DNA of 64,000 nt, from the NCBI GenBank assembly GCA_040437565.1, contig JBDOQK010000024.1, positions 186,001 to 250,000 on the forward strand. The letters run 5' to 3'. The translations under genes were made by a program, and so were the position numbers. The stretch is from Albugo candida (lineage: Eukaryota). Position 1 is the stretch's first letter. Every line of letters starts with the position of its first letter. Below are positions 12,878 through 25,553 of this stretch, piece after piece. The notes beneath the pieces were generated by a model that was given only the letters and a program-made list of their open reading frames with translations, ran no database searches and was not told the origin of the DNA.

Positions 12878-15800
12878 TGCAAAAAGAATTATCTCGTGAC
12901 TTGAGTCCAACATATGAGATTTTGGCTAATTAAAGGCTAATGCCTGCTTTTTTTTTGATATCGATGTGCATAAAATGCAAAAAATGTAAAGGCGGAGAGA
13001 GGCACACTTTTAGCTCCTTTCAACCTTGCAATATCCGCGCTGAATTGACACTCGACTACTGGAAACATTGTAAGATTCTGACGTGATTGACAGCAAAAGT
13101 TTTTTCTTTACGACCACTGACCTATCATCAATTCAAACTCGTGATATTCGAATACGAGACAAGCCCGGTAGTCTGGTTCGTGGATCCTTAAGATGTCGCC
13201 ATCTACTTCGAGCCGAATGATCATTAATGATAAGATCATCTTGATCATCGCATACGGGTTGTACATGACGCAGCTTTGAGCTATTCCGTAACTGGCGATA
13301 CTCCAGCAGCCAGATTGGGCGCATGGAAATGTATATGATAGTCTTGCTAAGCTCCACTCACTCAAGCTTTCACTGGGTTAATAGAATCGCGAACGCAACT
13401 CCACACCCCAATTCTCAAAAATTTTGTTCCATATTGAAGAAAGAGTGGCAAGGATCCGGAATGTTGTGTTAGCTTGTTAGCAAGGAAAAGAAGGAGATAT
13501 AGCAGTGTTGCAACTAGAAATAGTGAAATGGTTTAGTATGGTTGCAGCAGACCCAAAGTAGCTATTCCGAGAAAGAGAGCTTGATAATTTTTGCTAAGTG
13601 TCAATCTTCTCGCTTGGAGGCCTTGCATCTACGCTGGAAGTAACACAAGGAATGTCACAAAAGCTATCAAGATAGCGCGTTGAACATCACGTGGACATTC
13701 GTACTGAAAATTGCACCTGGCGCCCAATCTGTTGTTAAGTATTCTATTGTTTGCACTCAGTGCCGCTATAACCGCTCATGGAGAGCGGTGATGGATATTT
13801 GGAATTATAGACTTTACAGCGCCGCATTTCATAACTCCAATCATCGGGGATGCATTCTGGATGCCCAACGAGATGCATGATATATACTTTTAAAAGCCTT
13901 GTATCATTTCAGAGCTTCTTATCACGCCATCTTCTCGCGCACCATACGCGGCTTTGATCCCAGCCATGCATCACAACCCTGCTATCTTCTTATCAACTAG
14001 AGAGTTGGCAAGTTACTGGACGGTGATTGGAGCCTTCCATAACTCATAAATGTACTTTGGGGGAATTTCCCAAAAATGGAATGTAATTTCGAATATGTTA
14101 CCCTTCGGCATTCCATTCTTTCCAAATGTCGATGGACTGTACACTCAAGAAGGCTGCAGCACTAAGCAGAAGCCAATTCCGCAGTTGTTGTACCAGTCAT
14201 GATCGATTAAAAAGCTACTACAACAATTCCAAACCGCGATCTCATGATATGTAGAGATCGCCGACTGAGTGTCGTACTAGACGATGCATCCATCCATCCA
14301 TCCTTCCTCAATAAAATCATTATCGTATCGCAGTTGTCCTTTGCCAGCTTCTCACCTTTCAGGCGGGTCGTTTTCTTTCTCGATAGATTTTGGTAACATG
14401 CCGTTGCCACCTAATGTAGATATAAAGGATTCCCATCCATTTTGCCAAAGTGAAAATTTGCATGTCTGTTGCGATTGAAAGACTCCCGTCAAAGAAGCTG
14501 GCCATCCGAACGCACCGGCAATGCCAAGGAATCTCTTGAATGTCGATTTCAAATGTCTCGATCGCAATAATAAATGGTCGCATGCTCATGCATCCGAAGA
14601 ATATTTACGGATATCTGAGGTCACTGTATGGACAACGCTACGCAGGGGATGTCTTTGGCTATTTAAAGTCAACAAATGGCCTTCATACTTATTCCAGGGT
14701 CGCGGAAAAGTTTTTACAACCCGTAAATCACATCGACCCTAGAATGGGATGGAGTATTTATAGCTTGTTTGTATGGGCGATAAATTAGTCTTCCTCCGCT
14801 GAGGGCTCATAGAATTCTTCACGGAAATCCTTCCAGCCGGGAATGCTTGAAGATATCGGAAGCGACTTAGTTGGTTCCGGGAAAGTTGTAACAGCCAAAA
14901 AAAAGAAGAAAAGATGTCGACGTGCCGGATATTTTCCTTCATTCGTTTCAATGACTTGATCTAGGTCGTAAAGCGTGCATATGTGCGTTGTCCCTATAGT
15001 GGTACGTATAACGAAGCTGCCAACTCACGTTCGTATTCATCTTGAACGATCATGAAAAGCTTGATGGCTTGATCAAAGGACGTATGCGTGATATTTTATG
15101 CTGGAAGAAATCAACGAAATACTTTGATCCCTCCTTCACCAGCCATATCCAGACGAGATCTACGCGTAGCGATTGCTTCTGCGAAACCTCTTACACTAAT
15201 AAAAAATTGGAATCAATTCACACCGCAAAATAGTCGCGTCGAACGTTCTATGATATACAACGGCATCAATTGAACCGAATTCGTATTGTTCTGTGCTCCC
15301 AAAATCTTGAGCCCTAGATGCAGCGCGCGTCGATGGCATCGATGCGTATTTGTCTTTACTGTTTGATCGGAGAAAACCCTTCAAACCCATCGAAACAAGT
15401 TTTTATTTTTCAAGTGCCTTCGTGATGGACGTATTTCCCTCTTGCTCATAGAAATCAGCTGGAAACCCTTGAACATTCAACAAATTATAATGAGCTTTGC
15501 ATTCGTAGCCGTGCTACAATGGCGAAACAACGCACACAATTGGTCAATACGTGATACAAACATTATCGATTGGTAACAATACACGCATACCCTTATACAA
15601 ATTTACACGCTTTTTCTCGAAAATTGGCGTTGCGGTGTAAATAAGGTCAGGCTTTTCATAGAAATTAAACACCGCAAAAGAATTTCTTCAATCCCGTAAT
15701 CGAAATTATCGGAAGAGGTGTCGGAATGGTGCATTGCTTCCAACTTTGCCAACATCGATTGCGTGTTGGCATTTCGGGGTACAGGATTTGAAAGACGTGA

Positions 15801-16399
15801 AGATAGCACGGGCGTTACCATAAGACTTCCAATTTATCGATTCGGTTGCTCCTTTCAGTGAGTCGAACGATATTTAAATGAGCACAGTACCAAACATTTC
15901 TATTGTGTACACGACATCGTCAACGCTGACATTGTTTGATACTGTAGGCCCAACAAAGTTACAATTCAAAATCGATTGTGACGTTTGTCCAATACGCGAT
16001 CAGTCTCGCCATTGAGAGCATCCTCGATAAGATTGCCCACGTTGCCTTCTGCGGCGGGATATAGATGCGGACCGCTTCCCGCTCCAAGCTCTGCTTCTCC
16101 GTCTATTTGTGCACGACTTACTAGAGGGCTCATGTACTAGGCGTTCGTTTTCTCAACCCAAATAGCATTAGAGATGGTCGTGCAACGTTGACCAGCTTTT
16201 CTAAAGCTGCCTCAGCGATCGCGTTGATGGCATGAACCTTGTCAGAATACAGGAGAAAGCGATCATGGGTATCGGCTCCAACATTAGCTTGAATCTTTTC
16301 ACCATTTCAGTTCCTTAAGCTTCTATATATTCTCCATCTTGTTGATTTTATCACATGAACAGTTGATAGGATCCTGAATTACCAGGATCAACTAGTGTA

Positions 16400-17228
16400 T
16401 CGTCAGATACTGTTGAGGCCGGTACGGAATTGTTTCATGCAATCTTGCCAGGATCTATATATCCGCACTGAGGACTGATCTAAACGATGTGAAGCAAGAA
16501 TTTTACAATCGTAGCTCCTGATATCTTTTTCATTGGCTTTCGAACAAATTTCTTGAGTGATACGATTCCAATGGTAGGCAACATTCAAAATGGTATCATT
16601 GCTGGAGATTGGACAGGCCAAATATCGGCACGACTCGGTATCCAGATCGTTTGCTTAGTTCTTAAGTAGTTCTCTCATCATCAAATTAACATCTGTAGAA
16701 GCGTTTTCCACGACTTTTGTCGTGTCCAAATCATTTGACAAAAAAAAGATCTATAAAGTTAACAGACAGTTATTCTCGGCACGTATTCCTTTGACATCTA
16801 CCAGTGTTTTCCCTGCTCTGTCGTGATAGATTCAGCAATTTTATACCTTACAAAGGGGTATGAGGTGCTGTAGTTTAAACATGATCCGCTGTCTACGTTG
16901 TATAACGAATTTTTACATCCGATAAACGCGTTTTGTGCAGCGCAAACTTCTTTTTCCATTCCGGTTTGAGTGGCTTCGAAGCATGATAGCTCAATATGAG
17001 AATAACGGAAAACTTTCCTACTGAGTAAAAGTAAACGTAAGATGCTCCACATGAACTGACACTGTATCTTGTATCACCGTTGAGGAGGAAATCGTCCGAG
17101 TCCGCAACTGGATAATATGAAATGAAACGATCACGTGTAAACACTCGCAGTCAACCAGGTCATATATCGAATACCGCTATACCCTGAGACGAAAAAACTG
17201 AAGCCATGTATAAAGTTAGATGTCGCAT
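16400..17228 (-). pseudogene. Possible decayed Cys-motif secreted protein (CCG-like)
   Basis: MRHLTLYMASVFSSQGIAV start. Fragments DCECLH, FLLNGDTRYSVSSCG and IGCKNSLYNVDSG lie in shifting frames. Confidence 0.2.
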
Positions 17229-17305
17229 ATTCTTTCATATTATACAACACATCCCGGGTCTGACTCCCTCAACAATTAATGCCAAATAGTATCCGCTAGA
17301 GAAGT

Positions 17306-17740
17306 ATGCATTTTATCACACTCATTTCGCTGATACTTCCTCCTGCGTCAGATCGAATTATGGGTCATTCGTACCATCTGCATCTGGGACATTGGGGCCA
17401 GCATAATGGAGTTAAGTTTGCGCATTGCGGACCCTCAAATTTTCTACAGTCTTCCGTTGGCATCGTGTCCAATTAAACCATTATTATCAAAGCAACCTCT
17501 CCGTTTAATTCCTTTAGCGATTTCTGTGATGGAAACTGTTACAAAGTTGGCGCACTCTTACGTGGTGTACTTAGTAAAACATCAGAGCACAGGATCGAAC
17601 CCAAGCGGGCGAGAATCCCCAAAAGGATAATGTGCGCATCGTTATTGAGATCCACCCTACTTGCTATGATCCCTTCTACTGATGGGACTTCTATGAAAAG
17701 AGATTTCTAGTATACACTGAATACTTGACGACACCTCTTC
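17306..17740 (+). pseudogene. Decayed secreted-protein gene, paralog of 2805-3280
   Basis: TAGAGAAGTATGCA start context, MHFITLISLILPPASDRIMG, and shared CATCGTGTCCAAT, CCTCTCCGTTT, TACGTGGTGT and CTTGAC(A/G)ACACCTC with 2795-3320. Confidence 0.4.
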
Positions 17741-19700
17741 TCCGAACCCATGCGCGTCTTACGAAAGAACTTTTCACGACTGGTACATCACCAGGAAAAC
17801 TTGGTTCTGGACAAAAATGGGAGCAACGCTCGACCCATTCAGCCGCTGAATGATCGTGAAGTGTACTCTTTTGTCGAAAAGTTACACGATAGCTTCATTG
17901 AGTCTTTGTCGCGAGCAATGGTCGATAACAAGTGACGTAATTGAATGTATGTAATACATCATGACCTCAAGGAAATGCCCAATATCTCTTGTAAAACCAG
18001 CTATGAAGGCTTTCCGCTCAATCTATGGGAGCCAGTCGGGAGATACTAGTCATTTTTCTAATCGCTGTAGGCACCTCCAGGATGAGATCCGACGTACTTT
18101 TCCTGATGAGTTTGGATGCAATTTGACACATAGAGAGTTTGTGCTTGACAATGGTTGACTACTATACTGAAAAATTCTTCTCGTAAGAGCTTGTAACGTC
18201 AGAAAGTAGGAGGTACAACCGCCATCATGAAGCAATGTTCCTTGAAGATTTTTTGCGTGCCCACTTCAAATGTGACACCTGTGCCCAATCAAAACTGACT
18301 ACAAAGGCGGCCGACTCACTCCGAAATACCAATAAAGTAGAGCAATTTTTAGAGATTTAGCACCAGCTTATCCGTTTTGTCAACAAGTCGCCCAGTAGTT
18401 GAGTGCTGCTCAATCAAGCTTTCACCTCTATCAGTGCAGAGGGTTTAGAACAGGTAAGCTCTGCTTGACGCACGCTATTTGTATTTATGAACCTCTTAGC
18501 AAATTTATGAGTCGACTTAATCGAAGGTAGTAAACACAAGACGATAAATATGGCCATAAATCTTTATCGTATTCTCTTGCGTATCGGAGTTAGAGAGGAC
18601 CAAGAGGCTACGGATCGGCTCTTGAGATGCACGAAGACAGCTACTTCCCGATACAACATCTTTTACGCGCTTCCAATCCTCTGGCATACTTATTGCAAAA
18701 GCAACGAGAAGATGGACTTCCTGGCCGAAATGTGGCAATTCATATGCGTCACTTTGTATCAATTGCTCCTTCGAATGCAAAGTTGCGTGACGGTACCTAC
18801 CATCAATTACATAATGATACAGCTGTAACATTAAAAGAAGCCAGTGATGACTTCACCACACTATGAAAATGTTGAAAGCGTTTGACTCATCTCATTCCAG
18901 TTCGAAGTGTAAAACCTCGAGCTAGTGGATCGTTGTATCAAGTGTTTGCTGGAAACATAGGGATAAAGACCGAATCAGCTCAGCCTTTATCCAGTCATGT
19001 CGAATGCTCCGATCACATAAAGCAAAGTAAGAATAAAGATGAATCAGCAAAATCATCTGCTGGATCTTTTTCTTGTCTGAATATCGACACCAGAGTAGAA
19101 AGCATCTTACCACGAGAAAGTTTATCGGAACGCAAGCGCATCAATTGATATACGCACAAAGAAGTCGCACTCGTCACGTGTTCGTTCACGGCTGGAAGGA
19201 TGCGACAACTCAAAAGCTCATCCTTTAGCAATCCGCAGACTCTGATTACATCGACCTGTTAGTAAGTAACAGCATCGTGCTTGATTGCTTTTGTCATAGT
19301 AGTCATGATATCTCTCCTTCTCTTCGAATACGATTCCAGAATGTACTGGTCCGATCGTGCGGCCGCACGAAAAGCTTTGATGCGGTTTTAAATGGGATAG
19401 TTTCGAGAATATTGCAAACAGCTTCTGATGGAGTCTGAATGAAAGTGTTATTTTAGGTAGGTTGACTGATCCTGCCAAGAGACGTGATAGTGTTTGTCGT
19501 AGCCGTCGTGTTTAATCAATTCAACGAGCAGATTTGTTGACGAATTCAATTGGAAGATGAATTTCTTAGAGATCAACGGTGCGCGTGAAACCTAATCATG
19601 AATGTTGATATCACCGCAATCTAGACCTCGTCTTGCATAAATAAGGTAAAATTCGATGTAACATGAATGTGCACCTCATTCCCCTCAACGTCTTACGTGT

Positions 19701-22700
19701 ACGTTCAAACCGAGCGCCTTGCTTGATGTTAGTGCTGAGTGGCTGTGTTGCCTACAAATCAGATGAAGTGTACACAAAATAGGTAAGGAACAAAGTAGTT
19801 GACTCTCAAGAAACCTTTTCTTACATATTTTCGACGTCGCTTTGAGCTCCAATGTGCCACATCCATTCGACTCGACACTTGAGTAGAATTTCTACGCAAT
19901 GTTCTCTGTGCTGTATACTTAAATCTAGCGGTCCCAAAAAATTGTAAGTTCAAGAACTGACTTGGTAGACACTTACCGTATTGCCGTCCTGGAACTTTCA
20001 AAATGATTGTCCGGCCCATAACAGAGTATTAGAGGATAGAGGTGCAGAAGTTTGAGTGTTTAAGACATTTAATTAGACTCGTGTAGCAATACTTAGCGGC
20101 TGAGTTGTAGTAAGATAGCTTCGAGAAAGTCATTTGTGATTTCCAGCTACTATGGGAGGATACACAATAGCCTGGTAGCTGCAAAGAGTTTTTCACAAGG
20201 CAAAGCATGTAGATGGGCACTATGTTCTACGTACTTTGCTCAGGTTTAGGTACGCTCCGGTACTTAAGAACATTGCGTTCTATCAACGTTGTAACTTCTA
20301 GGTGTTGTGGTAAAGCATCCCCGCACCACCTTCTCCCCTATTTCCTTATCTGCCAATGGTTAGCTGACATCCTTGCAGAGAACGCAAAAAGTACGTTTTT
20401 TATGATACTAAACGTTGTACTGCTAGGTTTCGAGTTAAACATGCCACCGCGCATCCTTTTGACTTCTTTATCTACCAATGATGCGCTTCCGTACGTTCAA
20501 GAAATGCAAAGCACGCCACGCTTTTGTGCAATCGAACGTTGTACATGCCAAACTTTCTAGGCACAGCACACTATAGTAAGTTCAGGGTACATGCCACTCT
20601 GAATCCTGACAGTCTATCAGTTCCCAAAAATCGACTAAGCGCTCAAAAATGAACGTCCTGTATTCAAAAACGTACGCTGTTCTTGTGCTCGGGGTATTAC
20701 CAGCACGCCAACACTCTGTGGACACTATGATAGACTTGACCGTAGAAATCCGCCTCGAGAATGGCAAACTTTTGCTTGATTCGAATCCCATTCTTGCGAA
20801 GGAAAAGTATACTGTCTCGATAAGCTCTATTCATACCAAGACTCCGTGTCTAGTAGATGCCTCAATGAAAATATACCAGTGTACAGCGAAAGCCTTTTCG
20901 AATTTGGAGTGAATTGGTTCGACAAGCCGTACGTATAAGGGCATACGGAAAGAAGGAAAAGACGGTTTATCCGAAAGTCTGCTAGAATATACAGGTCATG
21001 TAGATCAATTTTTGGCCCTAGATTCAACAGACAAAAAAGATATGTGGTAGCTGGCCAATCCTTTGACGACAGATCTCAGCGCTATTTCACATACCGTCGG
21101 CTGGATTTTGCATGGACAATCTCTAAAGATGTGGCTCCAAAACAAACTGCTATATACTTCTGGTACTTGCATCTATATGAAACGTAAAGCTTATGTGGAA
21201 ANNNNNNNNNNNNNNNNNNNNNNNNNNNNNNNNNNNNNNNNNNNNNNNNNNNNNNNNNNNNNNNNNNNNNNNNNNNNNNNNNNNNNNNNNNNNNNNNNNN
21301 NACGTTCAAACCGAGCGCCTTGCTTGATGTTAGTGCTGAGTGGCTGTGTTGCCTACAAATCAGATGAAGTGTACACAAAATAGGTAAGGAACAAAGTAGT
21401 TGACTCTCAAGAAACCTTTTCTTACATATTTTCGACGTCGCTTTGAGCTCCAATGTGCCACATCCATTCGACTCGACACTTGAGTAGAATTTCTACGCAA
21501 TGTTCTCTGTGCTGTATACTTAAATCTAGCGGTCCCAAAAAATTGTAAGTTCAAGAACTGACTTGGTAGACACTTACCGTATTGCCGTCCTGGAACTTTC
21601 AAAATGATTGTCCGGCCCATAACAGAGTATTAGAGGATAGAGGTGCAGAAGTTTGAGTGTTTAAGACATTTAATTAGACTCGTGTAGCAATACTTAGCGG
21701 CTGAGTTGTAGTAAGATAGCTTCGAGAAAGTCATTTGTGATTTCCAGCTACTATGGGAGGATACACAATAGCCTGGTAGCTGCAAAGAGTTTTTCACAAG
21801 GCAAAGCATGTAGATGGGCACTATGTTCTACGTACTTTGCTCAGGTTTAGGTACGCTCCGGTACTTAAGAACATTGCGTTCTATCAACGTTGTAACTTCT
21901 AGGTGTTGTGGTAAAGCATCCCCGCACCACCTTCTCCCCTATTTCCTTATCTGCCAATGGTTAGCTGACATCCTTGCAGAGAACGCAAAAAGTACGTTTT
22001 TTATGATACTAAACGTTGTACTGCTAGGTTTCGAGTTAAACATGCCACCGCGCATCCTTTTGACTTCTTTATCTACCAATGATGCGCTTCCGTACGTTCA
22101 AGAAATGCAAAGCACGCCACGCTTTTGTGCAATCGAACGTTGTACATGCCAAACTTTCTAGGCACAGCACACTATAGTAAGTTCAGGGTACATGCCACTC
22201 TGAATCCTGACAGTCTATCAGTTCCCAAAAATCGACTAAGCGCTCAAAAATGAACGTCCTGTATTCAAAAACGTACGCTGTTCTTGTGCTCGGGGTATTA
22301 CCAGCACGCCAACACTCTGTGGACACTATGATAGACTTGACCGTAGAAATCCGCCTCGAGAATGGCAAACTTTTGCTTGATTCGAATCCCATTCTTGCGA
22401 AGGAAAAGTATACTGTCTCGATAAGCTCTATTCATACCAAGACTCCGTGTCTAGTAGATGCCTCAATGAAAATATACCAGTGTACAGCGAAAGCCTTTTC
22501 GAATTTGGAGTGAATTGGTTCGACAAGCCGTACGTATAAGGGCATACGGAAAGAAGGAAAAGACGGTTTATCCGAAAGTCTGCTAGAATATACAGGTCAT
22601 GTAGATCAATTTTTGGCCCTAGATTCAACAGACAAAAAAGATATGTGGTAGCTGGCCAATCCTTTGACGACAGATCTCAGCGCTATTTCACATACCGTCG

Positions 22701-22802
22701 GCTGGATTTTGCATGGACAATCTCTAAAGATGTGGCTCCAAAACAAACTGCTATATACTTCTGGTACTTGCATCTATATGAAACGTAAAGCTTATGTGGA
22801 AA
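19701..22802. repeat. 1.5 kb identical overlap across a 100-N gap (19701-21201 = 21302-22802); likely assembly artefact
   Basis: Identical ORF sets offset by 1601 nt either side of the gap. Confidence 0.9.
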
Positions 22803-23389
22803 GATATGATGGAGTTTATACTTATTCGTGGGCAGTGGGAAAAGGGTATGTATTTCAGCTCGGACTATCAGAAAGCGACATTGGTAGCCCAGCTCTGATG
22901 AGAAACCAATTACTACTGGGGAGCGTGACACATAACAATCGTTTGCATGGATGGAAATCAATGCGCGTAGATTTGGATGTAGATACTATCAGTGTGCCAA
23001 CGTACCTCTATGAGCACGTCAAAGCTGTCCTCGATCATGTTGCTTTTTCAGCAGTAGAAGATGATAGTGGCCACGCTGGATTTAGTGGACCATGCTCCAA
23101 TATTGATCGTCTTGCTATCAAATACCCATCAGATATAAAGGAGCTAACGTTCACGTTGGCTATCTTTGGTGTTGAACCTTTCACTATCGATCCTACTACA
23201 TACTTTTTCAAAAATGGGGAAGTTTGTACTTTACTGATTACACCATCAAACGAAGATGTTTTGGTACTGGGAACTCCAGTATTAAAAGTTTGCTCTATCA
23301 ACATCCTCAAAAACAGTGGTGCATTAAGCTATTCTTTCCATTCTCGCGAAAAACCCGGTTTTCTCGACAATTTCAGGATTTTCAAGTAA
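22250..23389 (+). pseudogene. Secreted pepsin-fold-like (non-catalytic aspartic protease homolog) gene with two in-frame stops
   Basis: One frame of 380 codons, with internal stops only at 22511-22513 (TGA) and 22649-22651 (TAG). Signal-like MNVLYSKTYAVLVLGVLPARQHSV. C-lobe motif chain MRVDLDVDTISVP / FSGPCSNID / LTFTLAIFGVEPFTIDPTTYF / CTLLITPSNEDVLVLGTPVLK parallels pepsin-family AIVDTGTS..P / C / F.F.G..F.L.P..Y / C..WILGDVFLR. Confidence 0.8.
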
Positions 23390-25398
23390 TCAGTATGTTA
23401 TGAAGCTTCACATAAAAGTCGTAGCGTTTGTAACACCGAGTAGATCAATACACAAGATGCATCGTAAGATTGATTTGATTGAAACGAGTCATAGATCACT
23501 CAGATACTAACTGCGGCATGAGCTCAAAATCTGTCAACTTGTGTAACTCGGGAGCTAATGCCTACTTCGTTTCTGATCCCGATAAAAGTCTCCTCTGCGA
23601 TTCCATTGTTCATAATTACTGACAGAGGCCAAGTGACGAAGATGGTTGGGCCGTCCAGCACGCGTAGCTATAGCGTTTCTCGTTGACCAGTAGACATGGA
23701 ATGGTTTTCACTTGCATTTATCGGATTCAGATAGTCAGCGATTGATGAAAGCTTTGAAGAAAAAGAATCAAAATCATGGACCTATACGTGCAACAAACAT
23801 CGCCAGAAATGATTTGTCTTATATTTTCGAAAGTCAGATGCTGATCGTGTGCTGTCCGCAATTCTACATACAACATGATTCCCGTTTAGTCACGTTAAGC
23901 CCCTTAGAATAGAATCATGCACGGACCTGATTTTCCAGTAATTTGCAGCATACAACGTTTCGTGATGGCCAAGATCTCTTGCTGGATCCACCACACGTCT
24001 TAGAGAAGAATAAACTTAAGATCCGCCAAGATACATCGAATCGGGCGCAGATAATCGGGGCATCATGCAACAGGGTTAGAAGAACCGGACAACGTTGCAA
24101 TTCTCGCGTCGAGGATGAAGTACACCGATAGAAGCCGTACATGTAATTGAATGATTACGTGGCTGGCACCAAAGATTCTGCTTTAAGATTAGATGCTATA
24201 TCTTCCTAATACTCGGGTACAAGGCAAGCTCGTCTTTATAGTGCATCTGTACAACACACGATCGCACAGCCCGGGTAACTGTAGCATAGTCATCTCCTCC
24301 GAGAGAAAACATCAGCGGCGATGGAATTAATTAGTCGAACTTGAAAGGAGTCGATAACCGAGTGATGTCCAGCATAACGTGGCCGACCGAAAAATAAAAT
24401 CGGTGAATTTGCAGTCAGTGCGCGTGGAAAACAAATACACAGAACGCTTTGAGTTCGAGAAAGTAGTACAAGTAAAGCCAACTTTTGTTTCCGCATGCGA
24501 ACCAGAAGAAATGAAACAAATTGCAGATAAAAGTATCACGGATGGTGGGATATTTAAATCGCTATTTTCACCAAGTCTGGTTTTCACAAAGCACATGTAA
24601 AAGAAATGGATTACTTCATCACGCTATATGGGGCAATAAAACAGTATGTGCTCGGAAACTTCCCTTGACTGTACTTTCCACGATTAAAACTGGCGAAACT
24701 TGATTTAATACTTGCGCTCTCTCGACACCACTGCTAGTCTTGACCAGCATCTATCAAATATGCGTCTCTGACCTCTGCAGGTTGAGCAATACCGATATGG
24801 GAAAGCTATTACATCGATATTGGATTTTTTTCGGAATGTGTGGAGCAGCGTAGTGTGCCAAGTACTCGTGAGCACCACCACCGTGTTTGAAGCCCCAGTT
24901 TTATCATGAACTTTCACACAAACATCATCTCCTTGTTTGTATATTATCATGAAGAAGCCTGAGTATCTCGAAAATCCATATTCGGATATTATCGTACGCC
25001 CTTTGTATGCTCAGACTCGCAACTGAGTTTCAAAATTATCACTAAAAAATGAAAGGAAGCTATAACATGCAGGATGTTTATTGGTCTTCCGAAACGTAGG
25101 GACAAGAACAGCCAAAAGCTGGAGGAAAAAATCGAGACGCTTCGAGCACTCAAAACGGCTTCGAGTCCAACTGAAGCTTTTTTGCTGTCGAAACCTATGT
25201 GTCTCCTACGATAATTCATTCCAACAGGTCGGCTAGCGGAACTTGACATACATAGCTGTACGAGCGGCCTAGAGATATATCAAAGTATTCGCTGCTTCGA
25301 CTTGGGAAGGTTCGGAAACGTGGCGTGATCGTTGATTTCGAAGCGTATACCCTTCCGGGAATTCACGATCACCACATATAGAAATGAGGTGCGTTGTT

Positions 25399-25553
25399 TG
25401 TAGTGTCTGAGCTGGAAAAACGAAAGGAGAAGTTCAATAGGTCCCTAGTTCACAACCTGTGCTAATCTAAGCCTACTGACTCTTTTACTGGATTGTTTGC
25501 CTGATTTCTAGATGACGTCATGTATCGTCTTTCGCATGCCGTCGTGCCCTACA
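25399..25553 (-). repeat. 3' LTR of Gypsy element
   Basis: Direct repeat of 28450-28621 with TG...CA termini. Confidence 0.9.

Larger units (their letters stand above)
3390..15130. repeat. Segmental duplication, copy A (paralog of ~54250-63230, same orientation)
   Basis: Collinear diverged similarity: CTTCGACTGTACTTCCTGCACTTTC at ~3404 and ~54265; TTACCATTCACCGTTTGCTTTACATGAATTGCCGGCTTCCACTGACC at 6001 and ~57488; GAAAGTTGTAACAGCC at ~14881 and ~63045. Confidence 0.9.

Noticed and set aside
17750-19700. Several 60-100 aa ORFs
   Set aside because: No recognisable motif, paralog or consistent frame.
20649-21201. Apparent extra family gene copy
   Set aside because: Identical to 22250-22802 across a 100-N gap; treated as assembly overlap.
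23400-25390. Short ORFs between the pepsin-like gene and the Gypsy element
   Set aside because: No recognisable homology; consistent with chance ORFs or unidentifiable decay.
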